A DNA stretch of 64,000 bases from the NCBI GenBank assembly GCA_965116025.1, contig OZ220480.1, positions 544,001 to 608,000 on the forward strand, given 5' to 3'. This DNA is from an uncultured candidatus Porisulfidus sp. GTDB taxonomy: Bacteria; Pseudomonadota; Gammaproteobacteria; Poriferisulfidales; Poriferisulfidaceae. Position numbers and translations under genes: made by a program. Below are positions 21,012 through 31,373 of this stretch, piece by piece; positions within the stretch are counted from its first letter, which is position 1, and each line of letters starts with the position of its first letter. The notes under the pieces are model-generated. The model was not told the DNA's origin, searched no databases, and saw only the letters and a program-made list of their open reading frames with translations.

Positions 21012-21635
21012 ATGCGCACCTTCGTCTACATCGACGGCTTAAATCTCTACTACAGAGCATTGAAGGGCACCCCTTGGAAATGGCTGGATTTGTCCACCCT
21101 GCTCACGAGAATTCTCCAGCCCCATCACGATATCCTGCGGATCAAGTACTACACAGCTCGCGTGTCGGGCACATTTGGCGATCCAACTCAGCAACAGCGC
21201 CAAAGAAAATATATCAGTGCCCTCCGGAAAACCCAACCTAAGATTGAGATATCTTTTGGGCATTTTCTCTCGCACAAGGTAAGGATGCCGCTCGCGCGGC
21301 AGGATACAGTGCCGCGCATGGTGGAAGTCATTAAGACCGAGGAAAAAGCCTCGGACGTGAATCTTGCGGTCCACCTACTCAATGACAGTTGGCTTGATGT
21401 CTACGATTGCGCGGTCGTCATAAGCAACGACAGTGACCTCGCTGAAGCGATGCGCCTCGTCGGGCACCAAAACGGGAAGCGAATCGGACTTATCACGCCA
21501 GGAAAGCACCGGCCATCCCGAAAACTCATGGAGCATGCTGACTTTTCCAGACGCATTCGAGACAACGCGTTACGACAATCCCTGTTGCCGGATCAAATAC
21601 CCGGCACGAACATCAGGAAACCTTCTTGTTGGTAG
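21012..21635 (+). CDS. NYN (LabA/DUF88, PIN-like) domain putative ribonuclease
   Basis: [26 protein letters not shown] and VISNDSDL acidic motifs; lower GC than flanks. Confidence 0.9.
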   Translation: MRTFVYIDGLNLYYRALKGTPWKWLDLSTLLTRILQPHHDILRIKYYTARVSGTFGDPTQQQRQRKYISALRKTQPKIEISFGHFLSHKVRMPLARQDTVPRMVEVIKTEEKASDVNLAVHLLNDSWLDVYDCAVVISNDSDLAEAMRLVGHQNGKRIGLITPGKHRPSRKLMEHADFSRRIRDNALRQSLLPDQIPGTNIRKPSCW

Positions 21636-21714
21636 GAACCCATTCGATGAAACGCCGCACTCAACTGGAAAACCAGAAATCTGGATCACTATAGGACGCA
21701 CGGAATCCACCGCC

Positions 21715-22755
21715 ATGGCTCATACCACTAGGGTGCTTGGAATCGAGACTTCCTGCGACGAGACCGGGATCGCGGTGTGGGACAGCGCGCGCGGACTGCT
21801 CGCCCACAAACTCTACAGCCAAGTCAAAACTCATCAACGGTACGGTGGGGTCGTGCCGGAACTGGCCTCGCGCGATCACGTGCGTCGCCTTCCTCAACTA
21901 ACCTTGGACGCGCTGGAGGAAGCGCGTTGCCTGCCCACGGAACTGAACGCCATCGCCTACACGGCCGGGCCGGGATTGATCGGCGCCCTAATGACCGGCT
22001 CCTCGTTCGCCTGTTCCATGGCCTACGCGCTGGACCGGCCAGCACTCGCCATACACCACATGGAGGCTCATCTGCTGGCGCCCCTGATGGACAATCCAGA
22101 CTTCTCTCCCCCTTTCGCGGCGCTGTTGGTCTCTGGAGGACATACCTTGCTGATGCGGGTCGACCAAATCGGGCGATACGCATGTCTCGGGCAAAGCATT
22201 GACGATGCCGTCGGCGAGGCGTTCGACAAGACCGCGCGCATTCTGAATCTCCCTTATCCTGGCGGTCCAGCCTTGGCCAAACTGGCGGAACGTGGCGACC
22301 CGGAACGCTTTCATTTCCCCCGCCCCATGCTAAATCGAGACGGTTGCGACCTGAGCTTCAGCGGCCTCAAGACTCATGCACGTCGATTGGTCGAGGCCCA
22401 CCCGGACGACGATCAGGCGGGAGCGGATATCGCGGCCGGATTTCAGGAAGCGGTGGTTGACGTTCTGATCGCCAAATCTCAACGCGCGCTGGAGGAAAGC
22501 GGTCTGGATCGTCTCGTGGTGGCTGGCGGCGTCGGCGCGAATCGAAGATTGCGAAGCCGACTGTCCCAGGCCCTCGAGAGCGACGGGCAACAAGCGCTTT
22601 GGCCGCCACCCGAATACTGCACGGACAACGGCGCCATGATCGCCTTCGCGGGCTCGTTGCGGCTACGCGACGCGGCGGCAATCAGTGGCCTAGAGATACT
22701 CAGCCGGGCGCGTTGGCCTTTGGAGGAGCTCGCGCCGCCATCCTGCCCTGCCTGA
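21715..22755 (+). CDS. tsaD: tRNA N6-threonylcarbamoyltransferase
   Basis: [36 protein letters not shown] and CTDNGAMIA motifs. Confidence 0.97.
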   Translation: MAHTTRVLGIETSCDETGIAVWDSARGLLAHKLYSQVKTHQRYGGVVPELASRDHVRRLPQLTLDALEEARCLPTELNAIAYTAGPGLIGALMTGSSFACSMAYALDRPALAIHHMEAHLLAPLMDNPDFSPPFAALLVSGGHTLLMRVDQIGRYACLGQSIDDAVGEAFDKTARILNLPYPGGPALAKLAERGDPERFHFPRPMLNRDGCDLSFSGLKTHARRLVEAHPDDDQAGADIAAGFQEAVVDVLIAKSQRALEESGLDRLVVAGGVGANRRLRSRLSQALESDGQQALWPPPEYCTDNGAMIAFAGSLRLRDAAAISGLEILSRARWPLEELAPPSCPA

Positions 22756-22916
22756 GATTCGAGCGAGGCCGGAGAGCGCCGATCCGATCTAGCCACCGGA
22801 AGGCGAAACGGAAGTAGCGGGAGAGGATTCGCCAGCGCGTTTCCACTCATGCCGTAGAACCACAGATCAGACTTCCAGTGAAGCCCGAAGCATGAAGCGC
22901 TGCCGTCTCTCGGAAA

Positions 22917-23477
22917 TCAACCTCCGCCCCCGCCCCACTTTATCGAGCACCCCATGCTCGGAGTCTGGTCTTCGGGACCTTCGCCGGTTTTCGCGATCTG
23001 GACCATCGCCTCGTGCAAATCCCGCCGCGCGGCCGGAACGGGATGCATGCCGCTCGCGTCCAGGCGCCCCCGGTACTGCAACTCGAGGTCCGCGTTGTAC
23101 CCGAAGAAGTCTGGCGTGCAGACCGCGCCGTAGGCTCGCGCCACCCGTTGCGATTCGTCCAGAAGATAGGGAAACGGAAAGTCGTGATCGCGCGCGATCA
23201 CGATCATGTTGTCGAACGAGTCTTCTGGATATTCGGTCGGATCGTTCGACATGATGGCCACCGAATGGACGCCATGCGAGCGCAGCTCGCCCGCGTCTCG
23301 CGCGATCCGGTCGCGCACCGCCTTGACGTAAGGGCAATGGTTGCAGATGAACATCACCAGGGTCCCAGCGTCGCCCCGGCAATCCTCCAGCGACCACTCG
23401 CGTCCGTCGACTCCGGGCAGGGCGAAATCGATCGCCGGGCGACCGAAATCGCAAACTGGAGTTCGCTTGAGACTCAC
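22917..23477 (-). CDS. Thioredoxin-family (AhpC/TSA-like) protein
   Basis: FICNHCPYV, YGAVCTPDFF and PSMGCSIKW motifs. Confidence 0.9.
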   Translation of the reverse strand: MSLKRTPVCDFGRPAIDFALPGVDGREWSLEDCRGDAGTLVMFICNHCPYVKAVRDRIARDAGELRSHGVHSVAIMSNDPTEYPEDSFDNMIVIARDHDFPFPYLLDESQRVARAYGAVCTPDFFGYNADLELQYRGRLDASGMHPVPAARRDLHEAMVQIAKTGEGPEDQTPSMGCSIKWGGGGG

Positions 23478-24244
23478 GCGCGGACGTCCTCAAGCGCCCG
23501 CGAGGCGGCCTGCGCCAAAAACAGGGCGTCGACGCCAACGCCCACCAAACTGAATCCCATCTCCACGTACCGGGACACCGTATCCGGCTTGAGCCCGAAA
23601 ATGCCCGGAACCTTTCCTGCCTCCCGGCAAGCCGCCAAGACTTCGGCGATCGCTTCCCGAATCGCCGGGGCCCCCACCTGACCCGGTATGCCCATGCTCG
23701 TGGACAGGTCGTAGGGTCCGATGAACAGCGCGTCGACCCCTTCCACGTCGGCCAGTTCCCGAACGTTCTCCACCGCGTCCTTGTGCTCGATCTGGATGAC
23801 CGTCAGCAGCGAATCGTTCGCTTGGGCCAGATACTCCTCGAATCTCGCCCCGTAGCGATGCGCGCGGGCGATGCCCACGCCTCGCTCTCCCCGCGGCGGG
23901 TACTTGGCGTACGTGACCACCTGCTCCGCCTGCGCCACCGTGTTGACTTGGGGCGCGATGATACCGCTCGCACCGACATCCAGCGCCTTCTCGATCCAGG
24001 TCTCTTCATGCACTGGAATCCGGACCAAGCACGGCGTTCTGTCTCCGGTTCCCTGGATGAGCGCTTCAATGGCGAGCGGATCGAACGCGCCGTGCTCGGC
24101 ATCGATGAACAGCCAGTCGAATCCGATATCGCCCATGATCTCGGCCACCTGCGGGCTGTTGATACTGATGATCGTGCCGACCAGCGTCTCGCCAGCGCGG
24201 ACCCGCCGGCGGAAATCGTTCTCGCAGACCAGAGGGCCGCTCAT
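23474..24244 (-). CDS. HpcH/HpaI-family class II aldolase
   Basis: [24 protein letters not shown] and LFIGPYDLS motifs; ATGA overlap with rpiA. Confidence 0.92.
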   Translation of the reverse strand: MSGPLVCENDFRRRVRAGETLVGTIISINSPQVAEIMGDIGFDWLFIDAEHGAFDPLAIEALIQGTGDRTPCLVRIPVHEETWIEKALDVGASGIIAPQVNTVAQAEQVVTYAKYPPRGERGVGIARAHRYGARFEEYLAQANDSLLTVIQIEHKDAVENVRELADVEGVDALFIGPYDLSTSMGIPGQVGAPAIREAIAEVLAACREAGKVPGIFGLKPDTVSRYVEMGFSLVGVGVDALFLAQAASRALEDVRA

Positions 24245-24894
24245 GGCAACGTCTCCACTCCCTGGTCGGTGCCGATCAGCAACACGTCGGCGCCGCGCCG
24301 GGCGAACAGCCCGACCGTGACCACGCCGGGAATCTGGTTCAGGGTCGATTCCATCTCGGGGGGATCCAGAATCTCCAGATTGTGGACGTCCAGGATGAGA
24401 TTGCCGTGGTCGGTCACGAAGCCCTCGCGCCATTCCGGCATGCCCCCGCGCCGAACCAGCTCGCGCGCCACCATCGAGCGCGCCATGGGAATGACCTCGA
24501 CCGGCAGGGGAAACGCGCCAAGACGATCCACCAGCTTGCTATCGTCGATGACGCACACGAAGGTCTCGCTGCATTCGGCAATGATCTTCTCGCCCGTCAG
24601 CGCGCCGCCGCCGCCCTTGATCAGGCCGCGATGCCGGGTCGCCTCGTCCGCTCCGTCCACGTACAGTCGCAACGGCCCGACCGCGTTCAGGTCCACGACC
24701 GGTATGCCGATTTCGCGCAACCGCTCGGCGCTCGCGCACGAGGACGGGACCGCGGCCTCGATCTTGTTCTTGACCGAGGCCAAGGCGTCAATGAAGAAGT
24801 TGGCGGTCGAGCCAGTTCCCACGCCCAGGACCTCGCCGGGCTGGATACGCTCCAAAGCGGCCTCCGCCGCTTTTCTCTTCTTGAGATCGACCAT
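24241..24894 (-). CDS. rpiA: Ribose-5-phosphate isomerase A
   Basis: [24 protein letters not shown] and PVEV motifs. Confidence 0.97.
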   Translation of the reverse strand: MVDLKKRKAAEAALERIQPGEVLGVGTGSTANFFIDALASVKNKIEAAVPSSCASAERLREIGIPVVDLNAVGPLRLYVDGADEATRHRGLIKGGGGALTGEKIIAECSETFVCVIDDSKLVDRLGAFPLPVEVIPMARSMVARELVRRGGMPEWREGFVTDHGNLILDVHNLEILDPPEMESTLNQIPGVVTVGLFARRGADVLLIGTDQGVETLP

Positions 24895-24941
24895 CTTTAG
24901 GAATCCCTATAATCGTCACGCAAGTTTAACACCCGCGAGCT

Positions 24942-25178
24942 ATGCCGTATTTCGTTTTCCAAATCGAGGGCGCCAACCCGGAAACCCGCGAGATTCATTT
25001 TCTGCGATCCTTCGAGGCCTACCGGGAAGCGCGCGCGAGCGCGCGAGAGGAGCGGGCCAAGCGTCCCGACGCGGAGCCGGAAGCCATTCGCGTGGTCTTC
25101 GCGGAATCCCGGGAATTGGCCGAGGGACTGCTACGGCAGCCCCGCGAGGCCCCGATCCTGCAGGAATGGGAAAAGTGA
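24942..25178 (+). CDS. Small hypothetical protein (78 aa)
   Basis: ATG-started ORF divergent from rpiA with protein-like composition; function not recognised. Confidence 0.65.
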   Translation: MPYFVFQIEGANPETREIHFLRSFEAYREARASAREERAKRPDAEPEAIRVVFAESRELAEGLLRQPREAPILQEWEK

Positions 25179-25402
25179 GATCCGTCCTCGCGCGCGTCTT
25201 CGCGCTAAGATCGATTTTTCCGCCATGCGGTGGAGCATCCTGTTGGTTCGGGGTGATCGCTGGCGTTATGCTGGAACGATCATGGAAATAGTCTTCCCGC
25301 TGACTGGCGAAAACGGGAGCGCGGCCAGACGCGGACCGCGCCAACGGCCGAGAACCGGAAACGGACCGTTCTCCTCACCCGGAGAAATCGCCCGCGAACC
25401 TG

Positions 25403-25843
25403 ATGAATGAAGTCGAGTATCGGAACGCCTACCATGCGATCAACGAGCGGCGGTGTCATTTCGAGAAAACCATAAACGCCCGTGTTTGCGCCTGCCGCCA
25501 TATGCGGAGATTCAACCTGGCGGACCGGGAAGGCGTCGGATGCGATGACTCCGAGGCGCGCGAGACTTGCGCCGAGTGGCTCCACGCGGTCCGCCAAGCG
25601 TCACGCTTCACCCTGTCTCGGCCTCGCTCCGTGGACGTTCTCCCGCACCGGTTGGAAGCGAAAGTCCAGGCGGGCGGCCTTCTGGGTCTCGCCGAACTGG
25701 TCCACGGCGGCGGCGCGGTCGACGATGTCGCGGGCCTGCTGGAACACGCGATCAATGACTATGGCGATATCGCCAGCGTTCCCATTCCCGATATCGTGAC
25801 CACCGTCGCGGGATACGAGCCACGCCCTCGCAAGCGACGGTAG
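25403..25843 (+). CDS. Hypothetical Cys-containing protein
   Basis: 146-aa ORF with CHFEK, CAC and ADREGVGC; function not recognised. Confidence 0.7.
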   Translation: MNEVEYRNAYHAINERRCHFEKTINARVCACRHMRRFNLADREGVGCDDSEARETCAEWLHAVRQASRFTLSRPRSVDVLPHRLEAKVQAGGLLGLAELVHGGGAVDDVAGLLEHAINDYGDIASVPIPDIVTTVAGYEPRPRKRR

Positions 25844-25977
25844 GAAACCACCCCGATCACCCTCGCGACGCTATCTGTCATTATCTATTAATATTTGACT
25901 ATTCATATCTATATTCGCCAAAATATTTGCTACAATTCCACAAGACGGAACTTGAATGGATCTAGACCTTCCCGAAC

Positions 25978-26466
25978 ATGAGCGACCCCATGCGCGCGAA
26001 CAATCCCGTCGCGATGAGGATCGTCGTGGAGGGGCTGCCCACGCTGTCCGCCAAGATCCGGGCGCTGGGCGAGGCGGGGTACGCATGCGCGGACATCGCC
26101 AGATTCTTGAACCGGCGCTACCAGCACGTGCGCAACGTCTTGGCGCGGAAGCCCCCGAAATCCAAATCTAACGAGACGTGCCCCGCGGAGCCCCGCGAGC
26201 CTGGAAATGTCGAGCCGAAGACGTTGCGGGTCGCCGAGAACGGCCGCGTCCTGATCCCCGCTGAGATGCGCGCGGCGATGCTGATCAACGCCGCCAGCCA
26301 TGTGACCGCGCGGGTCATTGAGGGCGAACTGAGAATCATCGCTCCGATGGCCGCGCTCCTGAAAACGCGGAAAGCTCTCCGGAAGAAAATCCCCGCCACC
26401 GTGTCGCTGGTCGACGAGTTCATCGCCGAAAGACGCGCGGAAGCGCGGCGCGAGGCCGATGAATGA
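25978..26466 (+). CDS. AbrB/MazE-family antitoxin with extra N-terminal HTH-like region
   Basis: RVAENGRVLIPAEMR AbrB motif and SLVDEFIAERRAE tail; coupled to downstream PIN gene. Confidence 0.85.
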   Translation: MSDPMRANNPVAMRIVVEGLPTLSAKIRALGEAGYACADIARFLNRRYQHVRNVLARKPPKSKSNETCPAEPREPGNVEPKTLRVAENGRVLIPAEMRAAMLINAASHVTARVIEGELRIIAPMAALLKTRKALRKKIPATVSLVDEFIAERRAEARREADE

Positions 26467-26843
26467 GCATGGTTCTCGACGCTTCGGTCGTGCTCGCGGT
26501 CTTCAGCGAAGAGCTTGACGAGAGAAGGACCGAGGAGATTCTGGCCGGGGGACTGATCAGCGCCACGAACTTCTCGGAGGTTCTGTCGAAACTGGTGGAT
26601 GTCGGTCTTGATGACGACGGCGCCGTCAGCGCGCTCGACGCGTTCCCGCTCACTATCGTGCCGGTCGACGCGAGGCAGGCGCGACTCGCGGGACTGCTGC
26701 GCCGCCAGACACGTCGATACGGGTTATCCTTGGGGGACCGCGCCTGCTTGGCCTTGGCGGCGTCAACGGGATTTCCCGCGATCACGGCGGACCGGGTCTG
26801 GGCGAAACTGGACCTCGGCATAGAAACCAAGGTGATCCGATAG
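26463..26843 (+). CDS. vapC: VapC-family PIN-domain toxin
   Basis: VLDASVVLA, NFSEV, LSLGDRACLA and ITADRVW motifs. Confidence 0.92.
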   Translation: MSMVLDASVVLAVFSEELDERRTEEILAGGLISATNFSEVLSKLVDVGLDDDGAVSALDAFPLTIVPVDARQARLAGLLRRQTRRYGLSLGDRACLALAASTGFPAITADRVWAKLDLGIETKVIR

Positions 26844-26983
26844 CGCGAGAGTCCATGGCCACCCGCGAGCGCTCGCCTTCCCATCGCGACCGCCGACCCA
26901 AAAATTCAGAATAGGGATCGGAGAGCCGCGAGCCGACGCGCTATGATGGCGAGAGATTGACTCCCTCGCCGAGGTGAATCCCC

Positions 26984-27601
26984 ATGTCTCCCATTCCAGA
27001 AGAGCTGAGGCTGGACCGACAGGCGCGCGAGCTCCACGTCCGCTTCGACGATGGCGCCCAGTTCGCGCTCCCTTGCGAGTACCTGCGCGTCTTCTCCCCT
27101 TCCGCCGAGGTGAAGGCCGCGCGTTCCCGGGGCGATCTGGTCACGGACAAGCAAGAGGTCCGCATCGAGCGCATCGAGCCGTACGGGGCCTATGCCGTTC
27201 GGCTTCACTTCAGCGACGGCCACGACACTGGGATCTATTCCTGGGATTCCCTTTATCAACTGGGCCGCAACCGCGAGAAGAACTGGAAGAGCTACTTGGC
27301 CGGGCTGGAGCGACTGGGCGAGCCTTCCACGGACGACGAGAGGCGGGAGGTCACCGTCCTGCTTTCCGGCTCCTTGGCCGAGGATCTGGACGCGAAACGG
27401 CTGGACGCGGTGTTGCCCAGCGAAACGGCGACCGTCGCGGAGCTTTTGTATTGGCTGCGTCAGCGCGGAGGCGGATGGCGCGAGGCCATCGACCCTGGAC
27501 GACTGAACGTCATGGTCAACCGGCAATCCGCCGACCCAGGCCTCCGCCTGCGCGACGGAGACGAGGTCTCGCTGACTCCGACTCGCAAGAACGTCTCCTG
27601 A
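26984..27601 (+). CDS. DUF971 (GBBH-like N-terminal) domain fused to MoaD/ThiS-like domain
   Basis: LPCEYLRVFSPSAEV and FSDGHDTGIYSW, then beta-grasp pattern TVAELL...NVMVNRQ...LRDGDEVSL with no terminal GG. Confidence 0.82.
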   Translation: MSPIPEELRLDRQARELHVRFDDGAQFALPCEYLRVFSPSAEVKAARSRGDLVTDKQEVRIERIEPYGAYAVRLHFSDGHDTGIYSWDSLYQLGRNREKNWKSYLAGLERLGEPSTDDERREVTVLLSGSLAEDLDAKRLDAVLPSETATVAELLYWLRQRGGGWREAIDPGRLNVMVNRQSADPGLRLRDGDEVSLTPTRKNVS

Positions 27602-27610
27602 GGCGAGCGT

Positions 27611-28939
27611 TCAAGCGACCGCGGAACCCAGCTCGGTCAGCAGGACCCCGGTCAGCGCGCATGTGACCAGCACCGGGACGACCGAAACCCGACCGGCGGT
27701 GAGCGCCAGCAACGCCAGTCCGGCCATCAGCGCCATGTTCCAGTCTGGCGGACCTCCCCAACCGCTCGACCAGACCACATGGCCCGCGAACGTCACTCCC
27801 AGATTCAGCATCACGCCGACTACCGCGGCCGTGATCGCGGTGAGAGGCGCGGTGAACGCGGGGCGCTCGCGCGTCCGCTCAATGTAGGGAGCGCCAATGA
27901 AAATGAACAGGAACGAGGGAAGGAACGTGTACCAGGCGGCCACCGCGGCGGCCAGAATTCCCGCCTCCACGACGCGGTCCGGGCCCAGCAGCTGACCTTC
28001 CCATCCGCCCACGAAACCGACGAACGAGGTGATCGCCACCAAGGGGCCAGGAATCAACTCGCGCAACGCGAGTCCGTCGATCATCTGGGCCGCGGTGATC
28101 CACTGGAAATGCTCGACCGCGCTCTGGTACACGTACGGAAGCACCGCGTAGGCGCCCCCGAACGACAATACCGCGGCCTTGCTGAAGAACACCGACATAT
28201 CGGCCAGCGCGCCACTGTCGTCGACCCAGCGCGCCGCCGCGTACACGCCAGCCCACAAAGCGGCTCCGGTCGCGCACAATCCCACAATTCCCCGTCGAGT
28301 GATCGAGAGAGCGGTCACGAAACCTTCTTCCCGCGTCGCGGCGGTCTCGGCCCCGGGCTCGGGCGGCGCGATCCAGGCGGGCCGAACGTGATGCGCCAAC
28401 CAGCCTAGAACGCCCGCCGAGATGATGATCAGAGGAAAAGGGAGGTGGAGCGCGTGCAGGCCCGCGAACGCCGCGAGCGCCACCGTCCACAGCAGGGCGT
28501 TGCGCAAGACTCGTCGGCCAATTCTCCAGATCGCGCACAGGATCAACGCCGTGACCGCCGGCTTGACTCCATACAGCGACGCGGCCACCCAGCCGACATC
28601 GCCGAACTCCAGATACAGCCAAGCCAGCGCCACGATCATGAGGAGCGAGGGCGCGACGAACAGCGCGCCGGCGACCAGCCCTCCGAGCTTTCCGTGCAGT
28701 AGCCAGCCAATGTAGGTCGCCAGCTGTTGCGCCTCCGGGCCTGGCAACGCCATCGTATAGTTGAGGGCGTGCAGAAACCGTCTCTCCGAGATCCATCGGA
28801 GCCGTTCCACCAGCTCCAGATGCATGATCCCAATGGCGCCGCCCGGACCGCCGAAGCTGACGAATCCCAGGCGCAACCAGTACCGCATGGCGCGCCACAG
28901 ACCGAGCGAGCGCGCCTCAGTCTTGCATGGTTCGGTCAT
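27611..28939 (-). CDS. chrA: Chromate ion transporter (CHR family)
   Basis: LGFVSFGGP, LPGPEAQQLATYIG, SFGGAYAVLP and TFLPSFLF motifs. Confidence 0.92.
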   Translation of the reverse strand: MTEPCKTEARSLGLWRAMRYWLRLGFVSFGGPGGAIGIMHLELVERLRWISERRFLHALNYTMALPGPEAQQLATYIGWLLHGKLGGLVAGALFVAPSLLMIVALAWLYLEFGDVGWVAASLYGVKPAVTALILCAIWRIGRRVLRNALLWTVALAAFAGLHALHLPFPLIIISAGVLGWLAHHVRPAWIAPPEPGAETAATREEGFVTALSITRRGIVGLCATGAALWAGVYAAARWVDDSGALADMSVFFSKAAVLSFGGAYAVLPYVYQSAVEHFQWITAAQMIDGLALRELIPGPLVAITSFVGFVGGWEGQLLGPDRVVEAGILAAAVAAWYTFLPSFLFIFIGAPYIERTRERPAFTAPLTAITAAVVGVMLNLGVTFAGHVVWSSGWGGPPDWNMALMAGLALLALTAGRVSVVPVLVTCALTGVLLTELGSAVA

Positions 28940-28983
28940 TTGATGCACACTACTACGCGCGGCAATCAATAAAGGAGGCTTTC

Positions 28984-29301
28984 ATGTCGAATGATATCGT
29001 TTCCCGCTCCGGCGCGGTCGTCGGTCAGTGGGACGGAAAGGACGTCGAGGACCTGCAACGGGAACTGGCGCGAATCAAGCGCGAGGTCACGGGCGACAAA
29101 GTCGAGCCGTCCGGGGTTCCGCATCAGGACCAGTTTCCTGATGACCTGAGGAATTTTACCGCCTATATCCTTTGGGGTTGCGATTCGAGCAACGTCTGCT
29201 TGGTCGGCTCTGGCGCCAACCGCACCGAATCGGTCGATTCGATCCGGGAGTTTTACGGCAACCAGATCGCCAAGGACGCGATGGCCCGGCACGATTCGTG
29301 A
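28984..29301 (+). CDS. Hypothetical protein (105 aa)
   Basis: Strong SD aaaggagg before ATG 28984; function not recognised. Confidence 0.75.
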   Translation: MSNDIVSRSGAVVGQWDGKDVEDLQRELARIKREVTGDKVEPSGVPHQDQFPDDLRNFTAYILWGCDSSNVCLVGSGANRTESVDSIREFYGNQIAKDAMARHDS

Positions 29302-29495
29302 CGTTCGGCGCGTAATTGGCTTGACGGGGACTAGGCGGAAGCCTGGTTGGCGGTTTCGCCTGCCGGCCCCGCTTCCGCTCGTCTCCTCTCAAGAAGGCGC
29401 CGTCCTTCCGTCGCGAGATATCTCGGGCTTTACCGAGAGGCGAGCCCTCTCGCGGGCGGGAAAGCCCGCTCGGCGAGGCGGTACACTGAACTCCC

Positions 29496-30599
29496 ATGCG
29501 AATCTATCTGGTGGGCGGCGCGGTCCGCGATCAACTGCTGGGGCTGCCCATCTCGGAACGCGATTGGGTCGTCGTCGGGTCGAGCCCGCGGCAACTTTTG
29601 GATCTTGGCTACCAAACGGTCGGCCGCGACTTTCCCGTGTTCCTGCATCCCGAGACCGGAGAAGAATACGCGCTAGCGCGCACCGAGCGCAAGACCGGCG
29701 TCGGCTACCACGGGTTCTCGTTTCACTACGACCCGAAAGTCACTCTGGAGGAGGATCTGCTCCGCCGGGATCTGACCATCAACGCGATGGCCCGGAGCGC
29801 GGAGGGAAAATTGATCGACCCCTATGGCGGGCGACGCGACCTGGAGAGGCGCGTTCTACGCCACGTGTCTCCCGCCTTCGACGAGGACCCCCTGCGCGCG
29901 CTTCGGGCCGCGCGCTTCGCGGCGCGTTTTCACGAGCTGGGCTTCCGGATCGCCAAGGAAACCTCCGAGCGAATGCGCGCGATCGCGGAAAGCGGGGAAC
30001 TGGACGCGCTGACCCCGGAACGCGTGTTTCAGGAGTTGCGCCGGGCTCTCATGGAGCCGAATCCGGAAACTTTCGTCTCCGCGCTCGCCAAATGCGGAGC
30101 CTGGCAAACGGTATTCCCGCTGCTGTCCGACCCGGTGACCGTCGCGCGGACCTTGCGCGCGGCGGCTCAGGCGAAGATCTCGCCAACCGCGCGCTTCGCC
30201 TGTCTCTCATGGCATAGTCGCGATGTCGAGGCCTGGTGCGACGCCATCCGCGCGCCCCGCGCACTGGCCAAAGCGGGCGCGTTGCTTCGTCGACTATTTC
30301 CCGTGTGGGCGGACCTGGACCCAGAGGATCCAGCGGCCGTGCTAGCTTTGCTCGAATCGCTTGACGCCACGCGAAGGCCCGAGCAATTCGAGGACTTCAG
30401 CGCGGCCGCCGCCACGCTCGGCCCCGTGTTCGGGCTGGACCGCGCGCGCGCTGACCACCGGCTGAGAATCGCCCGCGCCGCGTTGCTCGATTGCGACGAG
30501 AAGTCCGCCGCCCAGCGAATCGACCACCGGACGATCGGAGAGCGAGTTCGAGAAGCGCGCCTCGACGCCGTGCGCGCCGCCTTAATGGAAGACCAGTAG
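29496..30599 (+). CDS. cca: CCA tRNA nucleotidyltransferase (short form, no obvious HD domain)
   Basis: [27 protein letters not shown] and [12 protein letters not shown] motifs. Confidence 0.95.
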   Translation: MRIYLVGGAVRDQLLGLPISERDWVVVGSSPRQLLDLGYQTVGRDFPVFLHPETGEEYALARTERKTGVGYHGFSFHYDPKVTLEEDLLRRDLTINAMARSAEGKLIDPYGGRRDLERRVLRHVSPAFDEDPLRALRAARFAARFHELGFRIAKETSERMRAIAESGELDALTPERVFQELRRALMEPNPETFVSALAKCGAWQTVFPLLSDPVTVARTLRAAAQAKISPTARFACLSWHSRDVEAWCDAIRAPRALAKAGALLRRLFPVWADLDPEDPAAVLALLESLDATRRPEQFEDFSAAAATLGPVFGLDRARADHRLRIARAALLDCDEKSAAQRIDHRTIGERVREARLDAVRAALMEDQ

Positions 30600-31373
30600 G
30601 AGTCCGCCAAGCGCCACCCGATACAGCGCGAACGGCATCATCCCGACGCGCTCGATCAAGCGCAGAAAGAAGTGAATGCACAGCCAAGCGGACCCGCCCG
30701 CGATGAGCGCGCCCAGAATCAACGCGCCCCAATCCGCCTCTTGGGGCGCATGCAAGGATTTTTGAAAGGACCAGACTCCAGCCGCGGCGATCGTCGGGAT
30801 CGCCAGCAGGAACGCCACCCGGGCGGCCGCGACTCGCCGCAATCCTAACGCCAGAGCCGCCGTCATCACGATGCCCGCGCGCGACACCCCCGGCACCAGC
30901 GCGAGGCATTGCGCGGACCCGATCCACACCGCGTCGCTCCAGCGCAACCGCTCCTCCGTCCGCGCCCGAGCGCCACGCGCGTCCGCGAGCCAGAGCAAGA
31001 CGCCAAATCCGAGAGTCGTCCAAGCGATCAGCCGCGCGTCGCGCAAGTCGGTCGACACCACGCCGAACATGACCGCGCCGACGATGACGATCGGGACCGT
31101 CGCCACCGCCAACCACGCCGCCAAATACCGCGCGGGACCAGCCGCGGACGCGTCGCCCGCTATCGCGGCGCGCGACATCGATACGAGCTCCCGGCGGAAA
31201 TAGCCGATCATCGCGAGCAGGGTTCCCACATGCACGGCCACGTCGAACGCGTGGCCCTGATCTTCCCAGCCAAGCAAAGCTGGCGCCAAGATCAAGTGCG
31301 CCGAGCTGGAGACTGGCAAAAATTCCGTCGCTCCCTGCAACAGAGCCAGAGCCAAAACCTCCACCCAGTTCAT
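30582..31373 (-). CDS. uppP: Undecaprenyl-diphosphate phosphatase
   Basis: [14 protein letters not shown] and LVPGVSRAG motifs. Confidence 0.95.
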   Translation of the reverse strand: MNWVEVLALALLQGATEFLPVSSSAHLILAPALLGWEDQGHAFDVAVHVGTLLAMIGYFRRELVSMSRAAIAGDASAAGPARYLAAWLAVATVPIVIVGAVMFGVVSTDLRDARLIAWTTLGFGVLLWLADARGARARTEERLRWSDAVWIGSAQCLALVPGVSRAGIVMTAALALGLRRVAAARVAFLLAIPTIAAAGVWSFQKSLHAPQEADWGALILGALIAGGSAWLCIHFFLRLIERVGMMPFALYRVALGGLLLVFH

